From the NCBI RefSeq assembly GCF_003334405.1, contig NZ_QOWM01000006.1: a stretch of 64,000 nt of DNA; one strand, 5' to 3'. Position 1 is the first letter of the stretch, and each line of letters begins with the position of its first letter. This DNA is from Escherichia coli (GTDB lineage: Bacteria; Pseudomonadota; Gammaproteobacteria; Enterobacterales; Enterobacteriaceae). The notes beneath the pieces were generated by a model. That model did not search any database. It was not told the origin of the DNA and saw nothing but the letters and a program-made list of their open reading frames with translations. Below, piece after piece: positions 1 to 12,758 of the stretch. A program made the translations under genes and the position numbers.

Positions 1-1682
1 GTACCATGCAGGGCCGTCGCTGGTCCGATGGTCTGCACCAGGCTGTGGAAGCGAAAGAAGGTGTGCAGATCCAGAACGAAAACCAAACGCTGGCTTCGAT
101 CACCTTCCAGAACTACTTCCGTCTGTATGAAAAACTGGCGGGGATGACCGGTACTGCTGATACCGAAGCTTTCGAATTTAGCTCAATCTACAAGCTGGAT
201 ACCGTCGTTGTTCCGACCAACCGTCCAATGATTCGTAAAGATCTGCCGGACCTGGTCTACATGACTGAAGCGGAAAAAATTCAGGCGATCATTGAAGATA
301 TCAAAGAACGTACTGCGAAAGGCCAGCCGGTGCTGGTGGGTACTATCTCCATCGAAAAATCGGAGCTGGTGTCAAACGAACTGACCAAAGCCGGTATTAA
401 GCACAACGTCCTGAACGCCAAATTCCACGCCAACGAAGCGGCGATTGTTGCTCAGGCAGGTTATCCGGCTGCGGTGACTATCGCGACCAATATGGCGGGT
501 CGTGGTACAGATATTGTGCTCGGTGGTAGCTGGCAGGCAGAAGTTGCCGCGCTGGAAAATCCGACCGCAGAGCAAATTGAAAAAATTAAAGCCGACTGGC
601 AGGTACGTCACGATGCGGTACTGGAAGCAGGTGGCCTGCATATCATCGGTACCGAGCGTCACGAATCCCGTCGTATCGATAACCAGTTGCGCGGTCGTTC
701 TGGTCGTCAGGGGGATGCTGGTTCTTCCCGTTTCTACCTGTCGATGGAAGATGCGCTGATGCGTATTTTTGCTTCCGACCGAGTATCCGGCATGATGCGT
801 AAACTGGGTATGAAGCCAGGCGAAGCCATTGAACACCCGTGGGTGACTAAAGCGATTGCCAACGCCCAGCGTAAAGTTGAAAGCCGTAACTTCGACATTC
901 GTAAGCAACTGCTGGAATATGATGACGTGGCTAACGATCAGCGTCGCGCCATTTACTCCCAGCGTAACGAACTGTTGGATGTCAGCGATGTGAGCGAAAC
1001 CATTAACAGCATTCGTGAAGATGTGTTCAAAGCGACCATTGATGCCTACATTCCACCACAGTCGCTGGAAGAAATGTGGGATATTCCGGGGCTGCAGGAA
1101 CGTCTGAAGAACGATTTCGACCTCGATTTGCCAATTGCCGAGTGGCTGGATAAAGAACCAGAACTGCATGAAGAGACGCTGCGTGAGCGCATTCTGGCGC
1201 AGTCCATCGAAGTGTATCAGCGTAAAGAAGAAGTGGTTGGTGCTGAGATGATGCGTCACTTCGAGAAAGGCGTCATGCTGCAAACGCTTGACTCCCTGTG
1301 GAAAGAGCACCTGGCAGCGATGGACTATCTGCGTCAGGGTATCCACCTGCGTGGCTACGCACAGAAAGATCCGAAGCAGGAATACAAACGTGAATCGTTC
1401 TCCATGTTTGCAGCGATGCTGGAGTCGTTGAAATATGAAGTTATCAGTACGCTGAGCAAAGTTCAGGTACGTATGCCTGAAGAGGTTGAGGAGCTGGAAC
1501 AACAGCGTCGTATGGAAGCCGAGCGTTTAGCGCAAATGCAGCAGCTTAGCCATCAGGATGACGACTCTGCAGCCGCAGCTGCACTGGCGGCGCAAACCGG
1601 AGAGCGCAAAGTAGGACGTAACGATCCTTGCCCGTGCGGTTCTGGTAAAAAATACAAGCAGTGCCATGGCCGCCTGCAATAA
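1..1682 (+). CDS. secA: Preprotein translocase ATPase SecA, C-terminal part (5' end lies outside the window)
   Basis: 558-aa ORF open to the window start; ends with the zinc-binding tail [17 protein letters not shown] characteristic of SecA. Confidence 0.95.
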
Positions 1683-1703
1683 AAGCTAACTGTTGAAGTA
1701 AAA

Positions 1704-1727
1704 GGCGCAGGATTCTGCGCCTTTTTT
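1704..1727 (+). terminator. Intrinsic terminator-like hairpin after secA (ggcgcag/ctgcgcc stem plus T-tract)
   Basis: 7-bp perfect stem, 4-nt loop, followed by TTTTTT; lies between the secA stop and the mutT start. Confidence 0.6.
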
Positions 1728-1741
1728 ATAGGTTTAAGACA

Positions 1742-2131
1742 ATGAAAAAGCTGCAAATTGCGGTAGGTATTATTCGCAACGAGAACAATGAAATCTTTAT
1801 AACGCGTCGCGCAGCAGATGCGCACATGGCGAATAAACTGGAGTTTCCCGGCGGTAAAATTGAAATGGGTGAAACGCCGGAACAGGCGGTGGTGCGTGAA
1901 CTTCAGGAAGAAGTCGGGATTACCCCCCAACATTTTTCGCTATTTGAAAAACTGGAATATGAATTCCCGGACAGGCATATAACACTGTGGTTTTGGCTGG
2001 TCGAACGCTGGGAAGGGGAGCCGTGGGGTAAAGAAGGGCAACCCGGTGAGTGGATGTCGCTGGTCGGTCTTAATGCCGATGATTTTCCGCCAGCCAATGA
2101 ACCGGTAATTGCGAAGCTTAAACGTCTGTAG
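1742..2131 (+). CDS. mutT: 8-oxo-dGTP diphosphatase (Nudix)
   Basis: 129-aa ORF with Nudix box GGKIEMGETPEQAVVRELQEEVG; sequence recognised as MutT. Confidence 0.95.
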   Translation: MKKLQIAVGIIRNENNEIFITRRAADAHMANKLEFPGGKIEMGETPEQAVVRELQEEVGITPQHFSLFEKLEYEFPDRHITLWFWLVERWEGEPWGKEGQPGEWMSLVGLNADDFPPANEPVIAKLKRL

Positions 2132-2209
2132 GTCAGATAAGGCGTTTTCGCCGCATCCGACATTCGCACACGATGCCTGATGCGACGCTGGCGCGTCTTA
2201 TCAGGCCTA
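2128..2209. repeat. REP/BIME element (two inverted REP units)
   Basis: Units gtaggtcagataaggcgttttcgccgcatccgacat and gatgcctgatgcgacgctggcgcgtcttatcaggcctaa match the E. coli REP family; first unit overlaps the mutT stop codon. Confidence 0.8.
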
Positions 2210-2243
2210 AAGGGATTTCTAACTCATTGATAAATTTGTTTTT

Positions 2244-2326
<83 letters not shown>

Positions 2327-2346
2327 CGTGCGGCATCAGACAAATG

Positions 2347-2544
2347 TCACTGCTTTGGTTCTTCGCTCCAGTCATCGCTTTCGGAAAGATCGCCACTGCT
2401 GGGGATTCGTTTTTCTTCAGCAGCCCATTCTCCGAGGTCGATCAGCTGACAACGTTTGGAGCAAAATGGCCGAAACGGGCTGATTTCACCCCACACCACC
2501 GTTTTCCCGCAGGTTGGGCAATTCACCGTAATAGTTTCTGACAT
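2347..2544 (-). CDS. yacG: DNA gyrase inhibitor YacG (zinc-finger)
   Basis: 65-aa ORF with CPTCGK...CSKRCQ zinc-binding pattern and acidic tail; recognised as YacG. Confidence 0.9.
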
Positions 2545-2553
2545 TTTTACTCC

Positions 2554-3297
2554 TTAGCAACAGGCCAGTTCGAAATCCAGACGTTCCGGTACCTGTCCGT
2601 TTTCAGTGTCCAGCGGCATAAAACGAATGGCAAAACGGCTCTTATGTCCGGAAATTTGCGGATAAAGCTGTGAATCGAGCGACAGATTCAGGCGCAGCAA
2701 GTCGGCATCGCCACCGTTATCCTGATAAAAACCATTCAGGCTGGTTTGTTTACGGAAGGGGGCCGACTGGCGAATTAAATCCAGCACCATGGTAAGTGCC
2801 TGGGTGAGCGGGTTCAGGCTGGCAATCCAGGTTTCTACCTGGCTGTCGCGCTGCGCCTGGGGTAGATGCAGCCAAATGTGCAATGTAGGTAAATCAAAGC
2901 TGCAACAGCCGCCTGGGATGCTCAGTCGCTGACGCACCAGAGCAATCAAACGATCTTCACGCAGAAATTGCCCGATACGCGGCGCGGAAATTAATACGCT
3001 CCCCGCCGCTTTTAACTGCTGAATTAATGCTTCAATACGGCTCTGGTCCACGCCAGGCACGCCAATCCAGGTCTGGAGTTTACGTTGCTGCCGGTCAAGT
3101 TCTTTCAACAGCTCAGTGCGGACTTCGCCGCGCTCGAAAACATCCAGTAATTCACTGACATTACGGAAGAAATGCAGCGCGCCAGCGTGGTCAACGATGG
3201 GTAAATTAACGGTGAGTTGCTGAATCAAAAACTCAATGCGCAGCCATGTACGCATTTTTTCATTTAGTGGATGTTCAAAAAGGACCTGGGTCTGCAT
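2554..3297 (-). CDS. zapD: Cell division protein ZapD
   Basis: 247-aa ORF recognised as ZapD (YacF); 1-nt overlap with the coaE stop. Confidence 0.9.
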
Positions 3298-3917
3298 TAC
3301 GGTTTTTCCTGTGAGACAAACTGCGACGCAAGCTGCAAATAGTGTGCGTGCAGGCGGGCAACATCCGATGCGATAGCATCCGGTGCGCCGTTATTATCAA
3401 TGACGTCATCTGCCACGGCAAGGCGGGCTTCGCGCGTTGCCTGAGCAGCAAGGATTTGTTCGACATGCTCGCGAGTTACATCATCGCGCTGCATGGTGCG
3501 CTTAAGTTGCGTTTCTGGGCTGACATCCACCACAAGCACTCGATTCGCTTTTTTATACAGTGAGTTTTCTACCAGCAATGGCACAACCCACAGTACATAG
3601 GGGGAAGTAGCTTGCTGGATCTGGTGTTGCGTCTCTTGCTGAATCAGCGGATGCAGCAGGGCGTTAAGCCAGTTTTTCTCTTCCGGGTTGGCGAAGATCC
3701 GCTCGCGCAAGGCCCGGCGCTGCAATGTTCCATCAGCAGCAATCATGTTAGCGCCAAAGTGATCAGCAATGGCATGTAGCGCAGGTGCACCTGGTTCAAC
3801 CACCTGACGCGCAATAATATCGGCATCAATGACGTTAATTCCGAGATCAGCAAACGCATTGGCAACGGTACTCTTGCCACTGCCAATGCCTCCCGTTAAG
3901 GCAACTATATACCTCAT
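3297..3917 (-). CDS. coaE: Dephospho-CoA kinase
   Basis: 206-aa ORF with P-loop GGIGSGKST at the N-terminus. Confidence 0.95.
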
Positions 3918-4141
3918 AATTTATATTCCCGGGAATTCATCATGATTATCAAAACGTTAAAAATGAGTGCACGAAAGCGAAATTGATGAAACGTTCGCTC
4001 ACTATTTACCAGGTAAATTTATGGGATTGTAGCGTAAAAAAAGACAATTTCGCAGTCTTGCGCCGCATTGATTAGTGCGTATGATAGCGTCACTGGAGTT
4101 GCGCTCTTACCCTTATAGCCATTAACCCCAGGAATCCGCAC

Positions 4142-5185
4142 ATGCGTATTGAAGAAGATCTGAAGTTAGGTTTTAAAGACGTTCTCATCCGCCCTAAACG
4201 CTCCACTCTTAAAAGCCGTTCCGATGTTGAACTGGAACGTCAATTCACCTTCAAACATTCAGGTCAGAGCTGGTCCGGCGTGCCGATTATCGCCGCAAAT
4301 ATGGACACCGTAGGCACATTTTCTATGGCCTCTGCGCTGGCTTCTTTTGATATTTTGACTGCTGTGCATAAACACTATTCTGTCGAAGAGTGGCAAGCGT
4401 TTATCAACAATTCTTCCGCTGATGTGCTGAAACATGTGATGGTTTCTACCGGTACGTCTGATGCGGATTTCGAAAAAACTAAACAGATTCTCGACCTGAA
4501 CCCGGCATTAAACTTCGTTTGTATTGACGTGGCGAATGGTTATTCCGAACACTTCGTGCAGTTCGTTGCGAAAGCGCGTGAAGCGTGGCCGACCAAAACC
4601 ATTTGTGCTGGTAACGTAGTGACTGGTGAAATGTGTGAGGAGCTTATCCTCTCAGGTGCCGATATCGTTAAAGTTGGCATTGGCCCAGGTTCTGTTTGTA
4701 CAACTCGCGTCAAAACAGGCGTCGGTTATCCGCAACTTTCTGCGGTAATCGAATGTGCCGATGCTGCGCACGGTCTGGGCGGAATGATCGTCAGCGATGG
4801 TGGCTGCACCACGCCGGGCGATGTGGCGAAAGCCTTTGGCGGCGGTGCCGATTTCGTCATGCTTGGCGGCATGCTGGCGGGCCACGAAGAGAGCGGCGGT
4901 CGCATCGTTGAGGAGAACGGCGAGAAATTTATGCTGTTCTACGGCATGAGCTCCGAGTCTGCGATGAAACGTCACGTTGGCGGCGTTGCGGAATATCGCG
5001 CAGCAGAAGGTAAAACCGTTAAGCTGCCGCTGCGAGGCCCGGTTGAAAATACCGCGCGAGATATTTTGGGCGGCCTGCGTTCAGCTTGTACATACGTTGG
5101 GGCTTCACGCCTGAAAGAGCTGACCAAGCGCACCACGTTTATTCGTGTGCAGGAACAAGAAAACCGCATCTTCAACAACCTGTAA
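4142..5185 (+). CDS. guaC: GMP reductase
   Basis: 347-aa ORF, IMPDH/GMPR-fold sequence recognised as GuaC. Confidence 0.95.
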
Positions 5186-5219
5186 TCTCCCAACGCTGGC
5201 GTGGAGCAACACGCCAGCG

Positions 5220-6422
5220 TTATCCCATCCCACTCATCGCATCGCCTAAATGGAAAATTGGCAGATACATTGCCACCACCAGCGTACCAATAATTCCTCC
5301 CGTTATGATCAGCAACGCCGGTTCCAGTAAGGCTGCGAGGTTATCCGCCAGCGCCATTGTGTTTTCCCGATGATGATGGGCGAGGTTGTCTAACATGAGA
5401 TCCAGAGAGCCGGATGCCTCTCCTGTTCTCACTAATTGCAAACAGAGCGGGCTAAACTCACCGGTATTTTTTAGCGCCAGCCAGATGGGTTGACCGTTAC
5501 TGATATCGTGCTGGATTTGTGTCAGAAGTTGCACCCAGTACGGGCAGCGCATTGTTTCTCTGACGCTCTCTACGCCCTGTAAAAAAGTAATGCCTGCACT
5601 TTGTGTCAGCGCCAGAATCGTAAAGATCTGCGTGAGTTTTTGTCCCCGCATCAGTGAACCCATAATCGGGATGCGTAACAGCAATTTCTGCCGCACTATA
5701 AGCCAGGTCGGTCGGCGCATCAGCAACTTATTGGCTATCGCCAGCAGAAAGCCGAACAACACCAGCAGCCAGCTCCATTCGCCACTAAAGTCTGCCAGCG
5801 TCATGATCCCCTGCGTTAGTGCCGGTAGTGGGGTGTTGAAGGTCTTATAGATAGCGGCAAACTCCGGCAGAACAAAATGCAGCATTGCCACAACCACCAT
5901 GATTGCCATCGCTAAAATGATGATGGGATAACGTAACGCTGATTTCACTTTGTCGGTCAACTGACGCTGGGCTTTTTGCTGACGCGCCAGTTCAAAGCAG
6001 CATTCATCCAGCTTACCGGTCAGTTCACCCGTGCGGATCATCGCCTGATAGAGCGGCGGAAATACCTCTGACCAGGGTAATAAGGCATTGGAAAAAGCAA
6101 TGCCCTGTTCGAGATCGTGCGCCAGCGATTGCAGCAACGCTTGCCATTGCTTACTGGGATGCTGTTCCGCCAGCAGAGCCAGCCCTTCAGAAAGCGTTAA
6201 CCCTGCTTTGAGTAGCGTCGCCAGTTGATGAATGACTTCCGCGCTTTTATCTCCTCGCCACTGCGCAGAATTGATGGCGATTCGCTTCAGGCTTAGTGGG
6301 GTAACCATCTGTTGCTGTAGTGCCATAAGCAGTAAAGTACGGCTCTCTGCCCATAGCATCCCATCTTGCGCATTGCCGTCGCCGGTTATGCCATGCCAGC
6401 GCCAGAGTTGCTTACTCGCCAT
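5220..6422 (-). CDS. hofC: Type IV pilus assembly inner-membrane protein (PilC/GspF family)
   Basis: 400-aa ORF recognised as HofC; overlaps hofB by 11 nt. Confidence 0.9.
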   Translation of the reverse strand: MASKQLWRWHGITGDGNAQDGMLWAESRTLLLMALQQQMVTPLSLKRIAINSAQWRGDKSAEVIHQLATLLKAGLTLSEGLALLAEQHPSKQWQALLQSLAHDLEQGIAFSNALLPWSEVFPPLYQAMIRTGELTGKLDECCFELARQQKAQRQLTDKVKSALRYPIIILAMAIMVVVAMLHFVLPEFAAIYKTFNTPLPALTQGIMTLADFSGEWSWLLVLFGFLLAIANKLLMRRPTWLIVRQKLLLRIPIMGSLMRGQKLTQIFTILALTQSAGITFLQGVESVRETMRCPYWVQLLTQIQHDISNGQPIWLALKNTGEFSPLCLQLVRTGEASGSLDLMLDNLAHHHRENTMALADNLAALLEPALLIITGGIIGTLVVAMYLPIFHLGDAMSGMG

Positions 6423-7797
6423 GCGGCATCCCCAGTACGCGGATTAACTCTTCAAAGGTGGTTAAGCCTTGCTCTACGGCCAGGCAGCCGTTTTCAAAAA
6501 GCGTACGCATACCCGCCTGTCGTGCGTGCGTTTCCAGCGATTCAACGTCGGTATTAGCGGAAATAAGCTGACGAATGACCGGCGTTATGGGCAGAACTTC
6601 AAATAAGGCCGTACGACCATAAAAACCGTGGTAGCAATGTACACAACCGGGTGCCTGCCAGTGGGGCAGCGGCGATGGCCATACATTGTCTGGAATGTGG
6701 ATGGGCTCCCCTTGCTGCCGGCGACAATGTGGGCAAAGTTTGCGTACCAGACGCTGGGCTATTACCAGCGTAAGCGCCGATGATAGCATCCAGCGGGCGA
6801 CCCCCATTTGCTGTAAACGTACCAGCGTTTCGCAGGTGGAATTAGTGTGTAGGGTAGACAACACCAGGTGACCAGTTTGCGCCGCGTTAATAGCGATCTC
6901 TGCTGTTTCGCCATCGCGGATCTCTCCGATCATGATGACGTCAGGATCCTGGCGCAATAACGCACGCAAAACGCCCTGAAAGGTGAGTCCGGCACGCGGA
7001 TGGATTTGCGTCTGGTTTAGTCCGGCTATGGGGATCTCAACTGGATCTTCGACGCTACAAATATTAATGTCAGCGGTATTCAGCTTTTGCAGGGCACTAT
7101 AAAGCGTGACCGTTTTGCCGCTGCCGGTAGGGCCAGTTACCAGCACCAGTCCCTGTGGTTGTTGCAAGGCATGAGCAAAGTCCGCCAGTTGTAACGGCTG
7201 CATTCCAAGCGTGTTGACATCCAGTGCCTGACCCACCTGCTGTAACAACCTTAATACCACCTTTTCACCACCCCGACATGGTAAGGTCGCAATACGAAAT
7301 GAGACGGCGTTTCCTGCCAGTTCGACAGTGAATTGCCCGTCCTGCGGCAGGCGATGTTCCGCAATATCCAGGTTTCCCAGCACTTTTAATCTGGCGGTTA
7401 ATGCGACTCCGGCATCCGGTGAAACATCCGGTAAAGGATGCAATACGCCGTCGATACGCAAGCGGATGCGGTAGGCATTGTCCGCTGGTTCGATATGAAT
7501 ATCAGACGCGCGTTGTTCCAGCGCAGATTGTAACGTTCGAGTTAGCAACTCTGCTTTGGGCTGATGCTTCTCCTGAACAGCTACGGGCAATGTCTGTTGT
7601 GTGCGACTGGCGTGACCTTCCATTTGTTGGCGCGTCCAGCAGGTGATCTCAATACGTTTGGTGGTAGCGAAATGCAATGCGTCCAGTAGCTCATGCGAAG
7701 GTGCATCGACTACCGCAACATGAACCACCTCTTCGCTGGCATCCAGCAAGACTCCATGATAACGCAGACACAGGGCAGTGAGCTGTGGAATATTCAT
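6412..7797 (-). CDS. hofB: Type IV pilus assembly ATPase (PilB/GspE family)
   Basis: 461-aa ORF with Walker A GPTGSGKT and tetracysteine motif CPHC...CVHC. Confidence 0.9.
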   Translation of the reverse strand: MNIPQLTALCLRYHGVLLDASEEVVHVAVVDAPSHELLDALHFATTKRIEITCWTRQQMEGHASRTQQTLPVAVQEKHQPKAELLTRTLQSALEQRASDIHIEPADNAYRIRLRIDGVLHPLPDVSPDAGVALTARLKVLGNLDIAEHRLPQDGQFTVELAGNAVSFRIATLPCRGGEKVVLRLLQQVGQALDVNTLGMQPLQLADFAHALQQPQGLVLVTGPTGSGKTVTLYSALQKLNTADINICSVEDPVEIPIAGLNQTQIHPRAGLTFQGVLRALLRQDPDVIMIGEIRDGETAEIAINAAQTGHLVLSTLHTNSTCETLVRLQQMGVARWMLSSALTLVIAQRLVRKLCPHCRRQQGEPIHIPDNVWPSPLPHWQAPGCVHCYHGFYGRTALFEVLPITPVIRQLISANTDVESLETHARQAGMRTLFENGCLAVEQGLTTFEELIRVLGMPHGE

Positions 7798-7806
7798 TGC
7801 CGCTCC

Positions 7807-8247
7807 TTAGTTGGCGTCATCAAAGCGGAAGACATCTTCGCAGGCTTGCTGCAATGCGCTGTCACTTTGAATATTGCAGTTGCGCGTCCAGCCGGTGACG
7901 CCGTTTGCGTTATCCCAACCCGGTGTCATGACGACGCTTAGCCCATTGAGACTTTCTTGCCCGGTCAGCGACACCACGCCCTTTGCCACACTCATGGCTG
8001 AAACATAGCGGGTGGTGGTAGGCGAGGGAATGCCATTGCTGCCACCGTCGCAGGTATCTAATCCACCATGTTCCAGCGCGCACAACTCTACGGCGGTACG
8101 GTAAGGCACAAAGGTTTGTAGCATGTCGGTGAGTGCGGCTTTGCGCAGGTAGTTTTGATAAGCGGGAATACCAATGGCGCTTAAAATGGCAATGATGCCA
8201 ATAACCACCATCAGTTCGATAAGTGTAAAACCGCGTTGCTTGTCCAT
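7807..8247 (-). CDS. ppdD: Prepilin (type IV pilin)
   Basis: 146-aa ORF with N-terminal prepilin signature GFTLIELMVVIGIIAIL. Confidence 0.9.
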   Translation of the reverse strand: MDKQRGFTLIELMVVIGIIAILSAIGIPAYQNYLRKAALTDMLQTFVPYRTAVELCALEHGGLDTCDGGSNGIPSPTTTRYVSAMSVAKGVVSLTGQESLNGLSVVMTPGWDNANGVTGWTRNCNIQSDSALQQACEDVFRFDDAN

Positions 8248-8449
8248 CTGTTTCGCTCCTTGATTTGGTTGGCGCTACTTTGGCAAATGCCATCAGCACA
8301 GGCGAGGGGCAAAAAACGAAACGGGAAAGCAGATTCCGAGGTTTTTTATTTCGTTGCAGCGAAAGACAAGAAATTTGCGAGGCGTTACGAAGAAAGTTGG
8401 GGAAGGGGAGATTATCCGCCCGCGATGGAGCGGATAAATCTGTCAACTA

Positions 8450-9403
<954 letters not shown>

Positions 9404-9430
9404 TTAGCACCACATATAAGGAGATCCTGC

Positions 9431-9982
9431 ATGTTGTTAGAACAGGGGTGGCTGGTTGGCGCGCGCCGCGTTCCCTCACCACATTACGATTGCCGCCCGG
9501 ATGACGAAACACCCACCCTGCTGGTGGTGCACAATATTAGCCTGCCGCCAGGCGAGTTTGGCGGTCCGTGGATCGACGCATTATTCACTGGAACTATTGA
9601 TCCGCAGGCACATCCTTTCTTTGCTGAGATCGCCCATTTGCGCGTCTCCGCTCACTGTTTGATTCGCCGTGATGGTGAAATAGTCCAGTATGTTCCTTTC
9701 GATAAACGTGCATGGCATGCGGGAGTCTCTCAGTATCAGGGGCGCGAACGCTGCAATGATTTTTCTATTGGGATTGAGCTTGAAGGCACCGATACGCTGG
9801 CGTATACCGATGCGCAGTATCAACAGCTTGCGGCGGTTACGCGGGCACTGATTGATTGCTATCCGGATATCGCTAAAAACATGACGGGCCATTGTGATAT
9901 TGCGCCGGATCGGAAAACCGATCCCGGTCCTGCATTTGATTGGGCACGGTTTCGTGTGCTGGTCAGCAAGGAGACAACATGA
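9431..9982 (+). CDS. ampD: Anhydro-N-acetylmuramyl-L-alanine amidase
   Basis: 183-aa ORF recognised as AmpD. Confidence 0.95.
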
Positions 9983-10833
9983 CGCTATTTACAACCTTAC
10001 TGGTGTTAATTTTCGAGCGCCTGTTTAAGTTGGGCGAGCACTGGCAGCTTGATCATCGTCTTGAAGCGTTCTTTCGGCGGGTGAAACATTTTTCTCTCGG
10101 GCGCACGTTAGGCATGACCATTATTGCGATGGGCGTGACTTTTTTACTGTTACGCGCATTGCAGGGAGTATTGTTCAACGTTCCCACGCTACTGGTGTGG
10201 CTGCTGATTGGTTTGCTGTGTATTGGCGCAGGTAAAGTTCGTCTTCATTATCATGCTTATCTGACAGCTGCTTCACGTAATGATAGCCATGCCCGTGCCA
10301 CGATGGCTGGCGAACTCACCATGATTCACGGCGTCCCGGCAGGCTGCGACGAACGTGAGTATTTGCGTGAGCTGCAAAATGCATTGCTGTGGATTAACTT
10401 TCGTTTTTATCTTGCACCGCTGTTCTGGCTGATTGTGGGGGGAACCTGGGGACCCGTTACGCTGATGGGGTATGCGTTTTTGCGTGCATGGCAATACTGG
10501 CTGGCGCGATATCAGACGCCGCATCATCGTTTACAGTCCGGCATTGATGCCGTGCTTCATGTACTGGATTGGGTGCCGGTTCGTCTTGCGGGTGTGGTAT
10601 ATGCCTTGATCGGTCATGGTGAGAAAGCGTTACCGGCCTGGTTTGCTTCGCTGGGTGATTTCCATACTTCGCAGTATCAGGTGTTAACGCGTCTGGCGCA
10701 GTTCTCTCTGGCGCGTGAACCGCATGTCGATAAGGTGGAGACGCCGAAGGCAGCGGTTTCAATGGCGAAGAAAACCTCGTTCGTAGTCGTGGTGGTGATT
10801 GCACTACTGACGATTTACGGGGCGTTGGTGTAA
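9979..10833 (+). CDS. ampE: Inner-membrane protein AmpE
   Basis: Start placed at MTLFTTLL..., overlapping the ampD stop in an ATGA junction; ORF-track start at 9940 rejected. Confidence 0.9.
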
Positions 10834-10841
10834 AGATTATT

Positions 10842-10866
10842 GCCCTCACCCTGTACGGGTGAGGGC
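10842..10866. terminator. Bidirectional terminator-like hairpin between convergent ampE and aroP
   Basis: Perfect palindrome gccctcaccc-tgtac-gggtgagggc located between the two convergent stop codons. Confidence 0.55.
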
Positions 10867-10875
10867 GTAGAGAGA

Positions 10876-12249
10876 TTAATGCGCTTTTACGGCTTTGGCG
10901 GTTTTCTCTTTAAACAGATAGCCGATACCTAACACGATCAGCCATACCGGGATCAGGTATACCGAAATCGCCATTCCTGGGGTCATCAGCATAATCACCA
11001 GTACCGCCGCCATAAACAGCAGGCAGATCCAGTTACCCAGCGGATAAAGCAGAGCAGGGAAGCGAGTTACCACGCCTTGTTCCTGCTTGGCGCGACGGAA
11101 TTTCATATGCGCCAGGCTAATCATCGCCCAGTTGATTACCAGTGCAGATACCACCAGCGCCATTAACAGTCCGAAAGCGGACTCTGGGGCAAGGTAGTTA
11201 ATCAGTACGCACAACGCCGTTACCAGTGCAGACACCAGAATGGTATTTACTGGTACACCACGTTTATCGACAGACGCCAGCGCTTTTGGCGCATTACCCT
11301 GTTGTGCCAGACCAAACAGCATACGGCTGTTGCAATATACGCAGCTGTTGTACACGGAGAGCGCCGCAGTCAGTACCACGATGTTCAGCGCATTCGCCAC
11401 AAAGGTATCGCCTAACTCGTGGAAGATCAGCACAAACGGACTGGTATCGGCGGTAACGCGGGTCCACGGCATCAGTGAGAGCAGAACGGCTAACGAACCA
11501 ATATAGAAAATCAGGATGCGGTAGATAACCTGGTTAGTTGCTTTCGGTATACTTTGCTCCGGGTTATCAGCTTCTGCTGCGGTGATCCCCACCAGTTCCA
11601 GACCACCGAACGAGAACATGATAATCGCCATCATCATCACCAGCCCGGTGAAGCCGTGCGGCAGGAAACCACCCTGATCCCACAGGTTGCTAACGGTCGC
11701 CTGCGGGCCGCCGTTGCCACTGAATAGCAGCCAGCCGCCGAAGATGATCATCGCTACCACCGCGATAACTTTGATAATGGCAAACCAGAACTCCATCTCG
11801 CCAAACACTTTAACGTTGGTCAGGTTGATGGCGTTAATCACCACAAAGAATACGGCGGCAGAAACCCAGGTGGGGATTTCCGGATACCAGAACTGAATGT
11901 ATTTACCCACGGCAGTCAGCTCAGCCATGGCAACTAAAACGTACAGTACCCAGTAGTTCCAGCCAGAGGCGAAACCGGCAAAACTGCCCCAGTATTTATA
12001 AGCAAAGTGGCTAAAGGAGCCTGCGACAGGTTCTTCGACCACCATTTCACCCAGCTGACGCATGATCAGAAAGGCGATAAAACCAGCAATGGCGTAACCC
12101 AGGATAATCCCTGGCCCTGCGGACTGTATTACGGAGGCGCTACCCAGGAATAACCCGGTCCCTATCGCGCCACCCAGCGCGATAAGCTGAATATGGCGGT
12201 TTTTAAGGCCGCGCTTTAGCTGCTCGCCGTGCTGTTGACCTTCCATCAT
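10876..12249 (-). CDS. aroP: Aromatic amino acid:H+ symporter
   Basis: 457-aa multi-pass membrane ORF recognised as AroP (APC family). Confidence 0.95.
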   Translation of the reverse strand: MMEGQQHGEQLKRGLKNRHIQLIALGGAIGTGLFLGSASVIQSAGPGIILGYAIAGFIAFLIMRQLGEMVVEEPVAGSFSHFAYKYWGSFAGFASGWNYWVLYVLVAMAELTAVGKYIQFWYPEIPTWVSAAVFFVVINAINLTNVKVFGEMEFWFAIIKVIAVVAMIIFGGWLLFSGNGGPQATVSNLWDQGGFLPHGFTGLVMMMAIIMFSFGGLELVGITAAEADNPEQSIPKATNQVIYRILIFYIGSLAVLLSLMPWTRVTADTSPFVLIFHELGDTFVANALNIVVLTAALSVYNSCVYCNSRMLFGLAQQGNAPKALASVDKRGVPVNTILVSALVTALCVLINYLAPESAFGLLMALVVSALVINWAMISLAHMKFRRAKQEQGVVTRFPALLYPLGNWICLLFMAAVLVIMLMTPGMAISVYLIPVWLIVLGIGYLFKEKTAKAVKAH

Positions 12250-12319
12250 GAAACCTCGTGCGGTGGTTGTTTTTTTGATCTACGCAGTGATGCGTGTGTA
12301 AGTTTGCAATTCCGTTTGT

Positions 12320-12337
12320 TGTATTAATTTGTTTACA
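12320..12337. promoter_or_regulatory. Putative TyrR box upstream of aroP
   Basis: tgtatt-N6-tttaca resembles the TyrR box consensus TGTAAA-N6-TTTACA (right half perfect, left half 4/6); aroP is a known TyrR target. Confidence 0.35.
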
Positions 12338-12741
12338 TCAAAGAAGTTTGAATTGTTACAAAAAGACTTCCGTCAGATCAAGAATAATGGTATGCGGCAG
12401 CGAATGCACCCGCTTTATGCATGGTTGAAGATGAGTTGCTTAAAAAGAAACCGTTTGTAAAGCTCAGCCTCAACCCCTCTCAATATGTAGAATGAATTTA
12501 AATTCGTTTTAATTGAATTAAAAATCACAAAATTGGTAAGTGAATCGGTTCAATTCGGATTTTTATAGTTTAATAATCGTTAAAAAACTCCTTTCCTACG
12601 TAAAGTCTACATTTGTGCATAGTTACAACTTTGAAACGTTATATATGTCAAGTTGTTAAAATGTGCACAGTTTCATGATTTCAATCAAAACCTGTATGGA
12701 CATAAGGTGAATACTTTGTTACTTTAGCGTCACAGACATGA

Positions 12742-12758
12742 AATTGGTAAGACCAATT
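12742..12758. promoter_or_regulatory. PdhR operator (autoregulatory site)
   Basis: Perfect palindrome aattggt-aag-accaatt about 30 bp upstream of the pdhR start, matching the known PdhR box. Confidence 0.75.

Noticed and set aside
372-1502. 376-aa minus-strand ORF antisense to secA
   Set aside because: Shadow ORF inside secA; no independent support.
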